From a virus (taxonomy: Duplodnaviria; Caudoviricetes): a stretch of 64,000 bases of DNA. The position numbers were made by a program, and so were the translations under genes. The notes under the pieces are model-generated. The model was not told the DNA's origin. It made no database searches and saw only the letters and a program-made list of their open reading frames with translations. Below are positions 37,040 to 45,359 of the stretch, in pieces. Numbering within the stretch: position 1 is the stretch's first letter; each line of letters opens with the position of its first letter. The DNA lies in the IMG/VR virus record IMGVR_UViG_3300042402_003952. The stretch is one strand, 5' to 3'.

Positions 37040-37111
37040 CCTCTGGTAGTCTATTGGTAAGGACGGGCGGATAACGCACTTGGAAACTAGGTTCGATTCC
37101 TAGACAGAGGT
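37040..37111 (+). ncRNA. tRNA-like element with non-canonical anticodon arm
   Basis: CCUCUG/CAGAGG acceptor, GUCU/GGAC D stem, CUAGG-UUCGAUU-CCUAG T arm; anticodon arm only GCG-GAUAA-CGC. Confidence 0.6.
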
Positions 37112-37114
37112 AAC

Positions 37115-37187
37115 GGGAGCATAGCTCAGCGGTAGCAGCGTCTGCTTTACACGCAGAATGTCGGGGGTTCGAATCCCTCTGCTCCCA
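37115..37187 (+). tRNA. tRNA-Val(UAC)
   Basis: UCUGC-UUUACAC-GCAGA. Confidence 0.92.
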
Positions 37188-37214
37188 CTTGCATAAATAT
37201 TGAAAAAGAGTATA

Positions 37215-37649
37215 ATGGAAAAACTGTTTAAACTTTTAAGTGATGCTCAGTCATCACTTTTTGTTTTATTTCATAAAACTTGGGCATTTCATTGGAATGT
37301 AGTTGGTGAAGATTTCACACAACTACATCAACTCTTTGGTGGACAGTATGAGACTATGTTTGAAGAGATTGATCGTCTTTCTGAACATATGAGATACTTA
37401 AATGTAAAACCATTAAGTTCTCTTTCAAGAATGCTTGAAGTGACTCAAATCAAAGAGTCTGCAAGTTCAACTGGAGCAAAAGAAATGCTTCAGGAACTTC
37501 TGGATAATAACACCAAGTTTTGTGAGTTAATGGCAGAGATTTCGGAAGAAGCAGAAGAACAAAAGTCTTATGCAACTGCCAATCTAGTTCAAGACTTAAT
37601 GGAATCTCATGGTAAATTTGTATGGATGTTGAGATCACATTTACAGTGA
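37215..37649 (+). CDS. dps: Dps/ferritin-like DNA-protection protein
   Basis: HWNVVGEDFTQLHQLF..QY..EEID..EH ferroxidase motif; W(M)L at C-terminus. Confidence 0.9.
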   Translation: MEKLFKLLSDAQSSLFVLFHKTWAFHWNVVGEDFTQLHQLFGGQYETMFEEIDRLSEHMRYLNVKPLSSLSRMLEVTQIKESASSTGAKEMLQELLDNNTKFCELMAEISEEAEEQKSYATANLVQDLMESHGKFVWMLRSHLQ

Positions 37650-37664
37650 TAAGGATGAAGAAAA

Positions 37665-37916
37665 ATGATTTCAATAAGATGTAAAGATTGCAATAAAGAA
37701 TTAACAGGACACCCATCAAAAACAGTTACTTGTGGGTGTCCTAATATGGCAACAATTCGTGGAGACAAGATTTCGGCACTTGACTTATCTCGAATTGTCA
37801 TGCTAAACTCTCTAAAAGAAAATCAAAACAAAAGTGTGCTTACTTCTCAAGACATTGCTTGGCAAGAAGCACGTCGTCAACGTAAAGTAAGACGACTTGA
37901 TTTTGAAGTCCGTTGA
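37665..37916 (+). CDS. Small Cys-rich (zinc-ribbon-like) hypothetical protein
   Basis: CKDC...CGC. Confidence 0.65.
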   Translation: MISIRCKDCNKELTGHPSKTVTCGCPNMATIRGDKISALDLSRIVMLNSLKENQNKSVLTSQDIAWQEARRQRKVRRLDFEVR

Positions 37917-37927
37917 GGACTTAATTT

Positions 37928-38014
37928 GGAAGGTCAATCCGATTGGCGACGGAACCGCTCTTGAAAAGCGTTGAGGTGTTAAAGCCCTTGGGAGTTCGAC
38001 TCTCCCACCTTCCG
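37928..38014 (+). tRNA. tRNA-Ser(UGA)
   Basis: CCGCU-CUUGAAA-AGCGU, long variable arm, G73. Confidence 0.9.
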
Positions 38015-38127
38015 TTTAGAAAAGTTACAAATTTAACAATTTCTTCAACAGTGTTAAGATATCAACACAAAAAGTTGACTGCGAAATACCTGTGATTAGT
38101 ATATAGTAGTATCACGGGGACGAACCG

Positions 38128-38277
38128 ATGGATCAACATACTTACGAAAATTGGGTGAAAATCAAAGAAACATTTGAAACTTCTGGTAATATTGATAATA
38201 TGTTTTACAAAAGAGCCGTTCAAATTGTTAAAACAAGAGTCGATCCTCTTGCAAAGTTTTTGGGAGATGAGAAGTGA
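38128..38277 (+). CDS. 49-aa hypothetical protein
   Basis: Hand translation MDQHTYENWVKIKETFETSGNIDNMFYKRA... Confidence 0.6.
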   Translation: MDQHTYENWVKIKETFETSGNIDNMFYKRAVQIVKTRVDPLAKFLGDEK

Positions 38278-38444
38278 TGGAACCTGGGGATGAATTTATT
38301 AGTAGGTCTGAAGTGCAGGAGATGATCGACCAAGCTATTGACAAACACAATAAAACTGCTACAATAATATCAGCAGCAATCGGTTCGGTTCTGCTCTTCT
38401 TCTATGCCCACGGCGTCATTGCTATTATAGATAGAGTACAATGA
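38277..38444 (+). CDS. 55-aa membrane protein
   Basis: Hand translation EVQEMIDQAIDKHN...IISAAIGSVLLFFYAHG; TGATG coupling. Confidence 0.6.
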   Translation: MEPGDEFISRSEVQEMIDQAIDKHNKTATIISAAIGSVLLFFYAHGVIAIIDRVQ

Positions 38445-38560
38445 GACACTTTGCTCATTTAATTTTGGATAATCAGGTTTCGCTTTTTATCCTTTGCTAC
38501 CTCTTGACAATGGTTCCAATCATGGGTATAATGATTATACACCAAACAAAAGAAAAATAA
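38441..38560 (+). CDS. 39-aa membrane protein
   Basis: Hand translation MRHFAHLILDNQVSLFILCYLLTMVPIMGIMII; ATGA coupling. Confidence 0.5.
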   Translation: MRHFAHLILDNQVSLFILCYLLTMVPIMGIMIIHQTKEK

Positions 38561-38636
38561 CGGAGTATCGCCTAACTTGGTCATGGCACCTGCTTTGGGA
38601 GCAGGAATAATTTCGGTTCAAATCCGAATACTCCGA
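38561..38636 (+). tRNA. tRNA-Pro(UGG), second copy
   Basis: CCUGC-UUUGGGA-GCAGG. Confidence 0.9.
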
Positions 38637-38652
38637 TCATAAAAATAACTTT

Positions 38653-38880
38653 ATGAAAATGCAAGAACTAGAAGAACTTCAATCCTTTACAGTCGAAGAG
38701 TTTCAATCTGATTTTGACAATCTAATACAAAGAGTAGAAAACGGTGAATCATTTATCATACGAGATGGAAATAATAGCGCAGTGATAGTTCCTTACAACG
38801 AAACCATAAAGTACGCAATAGAATCAACTGTGGATGACGAACTGATACGTCTTCACACAGACCACGAAGAAGGTTCTTGA
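38653..38880 (+). CDS. Phd/YefM-like antitoxin-fold protein (orphan)
   Basis: SFTVEEFQSDFDNLIQRVENGESFIIRDGNNSAVIVPY resembles the Phd/YefM N-terminal pattern. Confidence 0.55.
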   Translation: MKMQELEELQSFTVEEFQSDFDNLIQRVENGESFIIRDGNNSAVIVPYNETIKYAIESTVDDELIRLHTDHEEGS

Positions 38881-38919
38881 CACAGAGTTCCAGATCCTCT
38901 ATAATAGATTCAGATTCAA

Positions 38920-39007
38920 GCGAGTGAGACTTGGTAGTCAGAGGGCACTTATAACGCCTTTCCGCCAGATTAGCGGCTTTGACCTGGTTCGAATCCAGGC
39001 ACTCGTA
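38920..39007 (+). tRNA. Atypical tRNA with UAU anticodon and long variable arm
   Basis: GCGAGUG/CACUCGU acceptor, GACU-UGGU-AGUC mini D arm, loop CUUAUAA, CCGC/GCGG variable arm, CCUGG-UUCGAAU-CCAGG. Confidence 0.65.
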
Positions 39008-39036
39008 TTGTTATTCGTGATTTGCGAATAGCGAAT

Positions 39037-39109
39037 GCCCGTTTGGCCCTCTGGTGAAGGCAATCTGCTCATAACAGATAGAAGGTCGGATCGTAACCGA
39101 CAACGGGCA
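39037..39109 (+). tRNA. tRNA-Met(CAU), elongator-like, T loop AUCGUAA
   Basis: AUCUG-CUCAUAA-CAGAU; GCCCGUU/AACGGGC. Confidence 0.85.
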
Positions 39110-39157
39110 TTTTTTAATAAAACTCATATAAATAAATAGGACTGTCCTATTATAAGT

Positions 39158-39778
39158 ATGAGTTGTAAAAAGCAAGGTTTATTTGATAAACATCATATTG
39201 TCCCAAGATATATGGGTGGGACAGATAACTTTGATAATTTGGTTACAGTATCGAGGACTTGCCATACGATGTTTCATTATTGTAACTGGAATCTATGGAA
39301 CAACAAAGAAGATTATATTGCGTATAAAGGATTGTCTTCTCAAATAACAAAACAAGATATAATTAAAGAGACTGCTAGTATTGCTGGTAAAAAATCTTAC
39401 AAAAATGGAACTGGGTTATTTTCTCTAACAAAAGAAGAAAAGAAAAAAGCATCTTCAAAGGGAGGTAAAAAAGCAGGGAAATATATGTCACAATCTATGT
39501 GGATAAATGATGGAACACAAAATAGAAGAATATTAAAAATCGAAATATTACCTGATGGTTGGGTAGCAGGTAAAGTTAAAAAGAAAAAAAGAAAAAGATA
39601 TGGAAGAAGTTGGGACGAATATATGGATACATTTAAAGAGGAATATCAAAGTAGAATTGAATACTTAAATGGAGTTGACTTGACAAAATGGGGTATTAAG
39701 ACTAAAATTGCTAATGACTGGGGCATTTCAAGAACACAAGTAAATAGATTTCTTGAAAAACACTATTTACCAGCATAG
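39158..39778 (+). CDS. Free-standing HNH homing endonuclease
   Basis: HHIVPRYMGGTDNFDNLVTVSRTCHTMFHYCNW; related to the psbA intron ORF. Confidence 0.85.
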   Translation: MSCKKQGLFDKHHIVPRYMGGTDNFDNLVTVSRTCHTMFHYCNWNLWNNKEDYIAYKGLSSQITKQDIIKETASIAGKKSYKNGTGLFSLTKEEKKKASSKGGKKAGKYMSQSMWINDGTQNRRILKIEILPDGWVAGKVKKKKRKRYGRSWDEYMDTFKEEYQSRIEYLNGVDLTKWGIKTKIANDWGISRTQVNRFLEKHYLPA

Positions 39779-39851
39779 GACACTCATCCAAGTGTCTCAC
39801 TTGACTTCTCCAAGTCAAACCCTTATAATACTAAGGTCAACATTCAAAACA

Positions 39852-40067
39852 ATGACTCTCACAGCAAAATTCAAGAAAGACGTTCAAACCCTTCGTGGTG
39901 CAGCAAATGGCGATTTCTACCTTGATGTAAAGAATCCAAAACTTTACAAAAAGGTTCGTCGATACTATGAAAACGAAGGTGTAGTATTTTCTGGTGATCC
40001 TTTGGATGATTATGAAATGCTTATGGAATATGTTCTTTCTGACCTTGAATCTGTCGAGGTTGCCTGA
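39852..40067 (+). CDS. Conserved hypothetical protein
   Basis: MTLTAKFKKDVQTLRGAANGDFYLDVKNPKLYKKV; sigma70 promoter upstream. Confidence 0.7.
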   Translation: MTLTAKFKKDVQTLRGAANGDFYLDVKNPKLYKKVRRYYENEGVVFSGDPLDDYEMLMEYVLSDLESVEVA

Positions 40068-40118
40068 GTAAATAGTCACGGAGAGACTTTAAAAGTACTG
40101 GTCGTGAGCAAACCCCTT

Positions 40119-40346
40119 ATGTCTAGATCTGATTTACTTCGGTGGATTGGAAACATTCTCCTCATAATAGGATATCAAATCATGTTATGGGGGGATTTCA
40201 AATACGGTTTAATGATAAAAGTTGTTGGAGGACTACTCACAATACCTTTTGCTATTAAACTTAAACTTTGGGATGTTCTATTTTTATGTGCATTCTTTGG
40301 TATTACCGAGATATCAAAGTTAACCCAACTTTTCTTAGTTTCTTAA
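40119..40346 (+). CDS. Small multi-pass membrane protein
   Basis: Three hydrophobic segments. Confidence 0.65.
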   Translation: MSRSDLLRWIGNILLIIGYQIMLWGDFKYGLMIKVVGGLLTIPFAIKLKLWDVLFLCAFFGITEISKLTQLFLVS

Positions 40347-40349
40347 AAC

Positions 40350-40475
40350 TAAGTGGTGGAGCCTCAGAAAGGACCCTCTAGGGTTTATTGCTTCCTTTAA
40401 AGAGCAATTGGTGCGGATGGGGATCTCTCCTGCCTGGTTTCCAATTTCCAGTCAAAGAATTGGTGGCGAGACTGA
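40350..40475 (+). ncRNA. Tandem wcaG-like RNA motif upstream of an NAD-dependent epimerase
   Basis: Two copies of GUUU-stem-UUC..AAAGA-stem-UGG(U)GCG with compensating stems AUUGC/GCAAU and CCAAU/AUUGG; identity recalled, not searched. Confidence 0.6.
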
Positions 40476-40545
40476 GTTTACCTAGAGGAGTTGCATAAAC
40501 TCCTCTTTTTTTGTATAATATATACTAAGAGAATTTTATTAATCT

Positions 40546-41613
40546 ATGAGTGATTATAAAAAAACAGCACTTGTTCTTGGTGCTGGTGGCTTTATTGGAA
40601 GTCATATGGTAAAAAGACTGCGATCCGAAGGGTATTGGGTTCGTGGTGTAGACCTTAAGTATCCAGAATATTCAGATACTGAAGCAAATGAATTTATTGT
40701 TGGAGACCTGAGAGATGCTGCTTTTGTTGAGAGAGTAATTAACTTTAAAGGATACCTAGGTAATTTTTATCATTTTGTTCCTTCAAAGCATGTTGATACC
40801 TTTGATGAAATCTATCAGTTTGCTGCTGATATGGGTGGCGCAGGATTTGTATTCACTGGTGAGAATGATGCAGATATTATGCACAACTCTGCAACCATTA
40901 ATCTGAATGTTCTTGAAGCGCAAAGACAATTAAATGATTTTAAAGGTGTAAACAAAACAAAAATTTTCTATTCTGGATCGGCATGTATGTATCCAGAATA
41001 TAATCAACTAGATCCAGATAATCCCGATTGCCGTGAAGAATCCGCATATCCCGCAGCACCAGATTCTGAATATGGTTGGGAGAAACTGTTCTCAGAGCGG
41101 TTGTTTTTCGCTTATCATCGTAATTATGGGATCCCTGTTCGGGTTGCTAGGTATCATAATATCTTTGGACCAGAAGGAACCTGGGAAGGTGGACGAGAAA
41201 AAGCACCAGCAGCAATCTGTCGTAAAGTAGCATATCTGCAGAAGGAAGGTGGAACAGTTGAAGTATGGGGAGATGGTTTACAAACTCGTTCTTTCTTGTA
41301 CATTGATGAATGTATTGAAGCAACACGAAGGATGATGGATTCTGAATTTATTGGACCAGTCAATATTGGTTCAGAAGAAATGGTTACTATCAATCAACTT
41401 GTAGATACTGCTGCTAAAGTTGCAGGTAAGGTTGTAGAAAAGAATCATATTGACGGACCTCTTGGAGTTCGTGGTCGTAATTCAAATAACGATCTTATTC
41501 GCGAAAAACTTGGTTGGGACTATTCTCAAACACTTGAAGAGGGAATTCATAAGACTTATAATTGGATTTCTGAACAAATTAACAAAAAACATATTGCACA
41601 TCATCCTGTATAA
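40546..41613 (+). CDS. NAD-dependent epimerase/dehydratase (GDP-mannose 3,5-epimerase-like)
   Basis: GAGGFIG, FAADMGGAGF, YGWEK, RYHNIFGP, GVRGRNS. Confidence 0.92.
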   Translation: MSDYKKTALVLGAGGFIGSHMVKRLRSEGYWVRGVDLKYPEYSDTEANEFIVGDLRDAAFVERVINFKGYLGNFYHFVPSKHVDTFDEIYQFAADMGGAGFVFTGENDADIMHNSATINLNVLEAQRQLNDFKGVNKTKIFYSGSACMYPEYNQLDPDNPDCREESAYPAAPDSEYGWEKLFSERLFFAYHRNYGIPVRVARYHNIFGPEGTWEGGREKAPAAICRKVAYLQKEGGTVEVWGDGLQTRSFLYIDECIEATRRMMDSEFIGPVNIGSEEMVTINQLVDTAAKVAGKVVEKNHIDGPLGVRGRNSNNDLIREKLGWDYSQTLEEGIHKTYNWISEQINKKHIAHHPV

Positions 41614-41615
41614 AA

Positions 41616-42275
41616 ATGGCAAAACTACAAAACGCAATTCACCTTCGTCCTACATTTGAAGACTTTGGTATTCAACATTATGTTGAAACTGGAACTGGTG
41701 GAATTTTAGATTCATATGGTCAGAATTCTCTCCTCCAAGTTTCACAACTTCAAAAATCTGATTTGACTATGCATTCGATTGAAATTCTTGATCGAATTTA
41801 TAGCGAAGCGGTTGATTATTTCAAAGATAATTCAAAAGTTTGTATGCATCTTGGCAATAGCCACGATGAACTTCCTAAAGTTCTTGATGAACTTGATGAG
41901 AATCCTGCTCTATTTTTCCTTGATGCTCATTTTCCAGATTCATATCGTGATGAGTTTAATCGTGAAGTTATTCGTGATGATCCTGATTACATTAAAATTC
42001 CACTCGAAGGAGAACTTAGAATTCTATGCCAGAAACGTGATGTAAGTAAGGATATTATTGTTATTGATGATATTCGAATTTATAAAGAAGGTCCTTATCA
42101 AAATGGAAACTTTGAAAATAAAGCTCTCCATGGTGGAGAAAGTCTAGACTTTGTTTATGAACTTCTTGATGAAACGCATGTTATTGTTGAATCTTACTTG
42201 CAAGAAGGTTATTTGATTTGTTTTCCAATTAGTACCAAAGAAGATTCTCTTCGCAAATATATTGTTGGTGCATAA
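41616..42275 (+). CDS. Methyltransferase-fold hypothetical protein
   Basis: YVETGT, SIEI, FFLDAH, IVIDD motifs. Confidence 0.6.
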   Translation: MAKLQNAIHLRPTFEDFGIQHYVETGTGGILDSYGQNSLLQVSQLQKSDLTMHSIEILDRIYSEAVDYFKDNSKVCMHLGNSHDELPKVLDELDENPALFFLDAHFPDSYRDEFNREVIRDDPDYIKIPLEGELRILCQKRDVSKDIIVIDDIRIYKEGPYQNGNFENKALHGGESLDFVYELLDETHVIVESYLQEGYLICFPISTKEDSLRKYIVGA

Positions 42276-43117
42276 TGAAATTACAGAATTGTAAATATAC
42301 CTCTGCATCGGGTGGATGTGATCTTCTAGGACATCCAGAAATGAATGTCCTAGACTGTCTCTGGAATTGTGGATTTTATTCTAATCAGTTTCAGATTTTT
42401 TGTTCACTTCTAATTTTAATGAGACATGGGATTGTTCCTGATAAAATTGATTATTCAATGGGATTCAAACATTTTAAAAAAGATCCTAATCAGGACATTT
42501 ATCCGTTATTTCATCAGATAGATAAGAATCAACCAGTAGACCTTTTTGCAGATATTGATATTCCTGATGCAAATAAGTTTCAAAAAAATCTTTACAATTT
42601 TGAAATTTACAATCAAATCACAAAGAGATTCTTTAATCCAAGTGATATTATTAATGATAGAAAAAAATATTTGCTAGAGAAGTATCAGATAGATACTTCA
42701 AAAACAATTTCAGTTTTGTATAGAGGAACTGATAAGGGAACCGAATTAAAACTTGCTAATCCAGAGCAGTATATGGTAGTTACTAAAAGTCTTCTTAGTC
42801 AAAATAGTGACTTTAAAGTTTTGCTTCAAACTGATCAAACTCAAGTGATTCATTATTTTCACGAAGAATTGAGAGATAGATTAGTTATATTTGAAGAGAC
42901 TCCATCTACAACATCTAATCGTGTTATATGGAGTCTCATGGAGCAGAATGGTGCAGATTCAATTGATTGGTCTCAGTGGTTTGATGCTGCACTTAGGTGT
43001 GTTTCTGATTGTAAATATGTTGTAAATCATACTGGAAATGTTGGTATGTTTATGAATTTGTATAGAGGAAATTTGGAAGGAGTATATCAATTTAATGAAA
43101 GTGGAGATTTGGGATGA
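42275..43117 (+). CDS. NodZ-like/fucosyltransferase-like glycosyltransferase
   Basis: SVLYRGTDKGTE, LLQTD, GNVG. Confidence 0.6.
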   Translation: MKLQNCKYTSASGGCDLLGHPEMNVLDCLWNCGFYSNQFQIFCSLLILMRHGIVPDKIDYSMGFKHFKKDPNQDIYPLFHQIDKNQPVDLFADIDIPDANKFQKNLYNFEIYNQITKRFFNPSDIINDRKKYLLEKYQIDTSKTISVLYRGTDKGTELKLANPEQYMVVTKSLLSQNSDFKVLLQTDQTQVIHYFHEELRDRLVIFEETPSTTSNRVIWSLMEQNGADSIDWSQWFDAALRCVSDCKYVVNHTGNVGMFMNLYRGNLEGVYQFNESGDLG

Positions 43118-43692
43118 AAAACATAAACGCAGAAATAGAATACATTGAAAATTTACCATCCTTTAGTTGGCCAGCAGATTACTTTGAAAATGTTATTTCT
43201 TATGTAAAAAACGAAGGATTGTGGTTAGAATTTGGTGTTTGTTCTGGAAACACAATAAACATAATCTCTTCAAAAACGAAAAACACTGTTTATGGTTTTG
43301 ATAGTTTTTTAGGTCTTCCTGAAGATTGGGGAGATCATCAACCAAAAGGAGCATATAGTAGAAATGGAAATCTTCCATCTATTAATAATAATGTAGAGTT
43401 AGTTGTAGGATTATTTCAAGATACTTTGGATGATTTTCTAAAAGAACATAAAGAACCAGTAGCATATTTGCACTTAGATGCGGATCTATATTCATCAACT
43501 AAATTTGTTCTAGACAAACTTAAAAAAAGAATTGTTTCTGGAACTGTTATTTCATTTGATGAAATTAGAAACTATCCAGAATATAGAGATCATGAAATTA
43601 AAGCATGGTTAGAATTTTCTAGTAAAACAAAAATATCATATGAATGGATTAGTAGAACTGATTATGAACAAGCCACATGTATAGTAAAATGA
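43114..43692 (+). CDS. TylF/MycF-like class I SAM O-methyltransferase
   Basis: WLEFGVCSG, GFDSFLGLPEDW, HLDADLYSST, FDE. Confidence 0.8.
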   Translation: MKNINAEIEYIENLPSFSWPADYFENVISYVKNEGLWLEFGVCSGNTINIISSKTKNTVYGFDSFLGLPEDWGDHQPKGAYSRNGNLPSINNNVELVVGLFQDTLDDFLKEHKEPVAYLHLDADLYSSTKFVLDKLKKRIVSGTVISFDEIRNYPEYRDHEIKAWLEFSSKTKISYEWISRTDYEQATCIVK

Positions 43693-44483
43693 ATAAAGTT
43701 TCTGATTTAGTTTTTCATCATCATACATCTTTAGGTGATAATTTTATTTGCAATGGAATTGTTCATAATTATGCAGAACAACTTTGCGAAAGACTCCATA
43801 TTCCTTGTCATCATAGGTATTATGAAACTGTAAGTTGCCTTTATCAAGATTTTGAGAATATTATTGTGCATCCTTTTAATGATGACTGGGCAACTTTGGA
43901 GCAAGAAATGTTTCCTTGGGCACAAGAGAAAGGGTGGCCTGTAACAAGAATTGGATTTGAAAAAGTTTATTATCGCCGCCTTCAAAGAGAAAATTCCCCA
44001 CCAGAATTTTTTGCTGTCAACTTTGATAGGCAATTTTATGAGCAAGCAGGAATTCTTTTTAAGGAAAGGTATGAAAAGTTTACCCTACCAAAACAAATCC
44101 CTGGAGTAGATGAAGTTTATGATAAGTTGACAGAAGGTGAAAATGATTATATCTTAGTGCATAAGAATTCCAGTGCAGAAGAAGATTATCCAATCGATCT
44201 TTGGACTTGGAGAAGAAATCAAATAGGTGCAATTCCTGATACTAAAATTATAAAAATTCAAATGGGACAGACAACGAATATGTTGTCATATATGAAACTC
44301 ATTGAAAATGCAAAAGAGATTCATTGCATAAACAGTAGTTTCTTTTGTCTGGTTGATAGTGTTGCTAAGAGACTTAAACCAAAACTTTTTTACCATGATA
44401 TTCGCATGAATAATATTACTCAAACAAATTGTGAAGCGAATGGTAATCGTTGGACTGTTGTTGATTATCCTTTTAAGAAATGA
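43689..44483 (+). CDS. Putative glycosyltransferase-like protein
   Basis: HTSLGDNFICNG and EIHCINSSF motifs of GT-B-like phage proteins. Confidence 0.55.
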   Translation: MNKVSDLVFHHHTSLGDNFICNGIVHNYAEQLCERLHIPCHHRYYETVSCLYQDFENIIVHPFNDDWATLEQEMFPWAQEKGWPVTRIGFEKVYYRRLQRENSPPEFFAVNFDRQFYEQAGILFKERYEKFTLPKQIPGVDEVYDKLTEGENDYILVHKNSSAEEDYPIDLWTWRRNQIGAIPDTKIIKIQMGQTTNMLSYMKLIENAKEIHCINSSFFCLVDSVAKRLKPKLFYHDIRMNNITQTNCEANGNRWTVVDYPFKK

Positions 44484-45358
44484 AAAAAATAGCAGTTTCT
44501 ACTTGGTGTACTGATGATTATGCCGTACATTTAAGACCAGATAAGTTACAGAAACTTATTAATCACTTTCATCCGGAAATTGATTTTCATATTTTTGGTA
44601 CAGAAGATACTAAAAATATAACTAAAGATCATCCTTGGATTGGCAAAGAAAATGTTAGATTTTCTGATTGGATGATGGTAGTTACATGTCTTCCTTTAGT
44701 TGAAGACTATGATATGGTTATTCATATAGACGCAGATTCTTTTTGTATCGGTAGTCTTGATCATGTTATTAATTCTGATGCTGAACTAATTGGTGTTAGG
44801 AATAATAATTTCTTTGGAAAAGCAGGTGCAGCACAACCATGCGTAAGTCCTTTTTATGAACCGTATGGTGATGGTGGAATGATTGGTGTTGATCAATTCC
44901 TTAATGCCGGATTCATCGCTTCAAATGATAAACAATTCTGGTATGAATGGAGAGACTTTAATAAGTTTGTTGCTGAGCAAAGTGATGGACAAACATTCAC
45001 TTATAGACCTTGGCCATTAATTCGCAATGAACAAGATACTTGGAATCATATTTTCCATGCAAAAAATAAGTACACTACTGAAATTGTTGATAAAGAAGGT
45101 AGTGGTGTAACATATGGAATAGTTAATCAGTGGGGAGAAAAAGATCATTGTGAGAGTTGGAAAAATTTATATGTAAAAGATAATTCGGTTTACATTGATC
45201 ATCCAATTACAGGAGAACCTTTGAGGACAAGTGTTCTTCATGCTGCTGGAGTTGGAACAATGGAAACTATTAAAGAATATGGTGACCATTATAACTGGTT
45301 GTATGGTATAATTAAACCAGAGGTAAAAGATTACATTCAAACAATTTTAGGAGAATAA
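44480..45358 (+). CDS. Putative GT-A glycosyltransferase
   Basis: IHIDADS DxD motif, LNAGF, NEQDTWN. Confidence 0.65.
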   Translation: MKKIAVSTWCTDDYAVHLRPDKLQKLINHFHPEIDFHIFGTEDTKNITKDHPWIGKENVRFSDWMMVVTCLPLVEDYDMVIHIDADSFCIGSLDHVINSDAELIGVRNNNFFGKAGAAQPCVSPFYEPYGDGGMIGVDQFLNAGFIASNDKQFWYEWRDFNKFVAEQSDGQTFTYRPWPLIRNEQDTWNHIFHAKNKYTTEIVDKEGSGVTYGIVNQWGEKDHCESWKNLYVKDNSVYIDHPITGEPLRTSVLHAAGVGTMETIKEYGDHYNWLYGIIKPEVKDYIQTILGE

Positions 45359-45359
45359 A

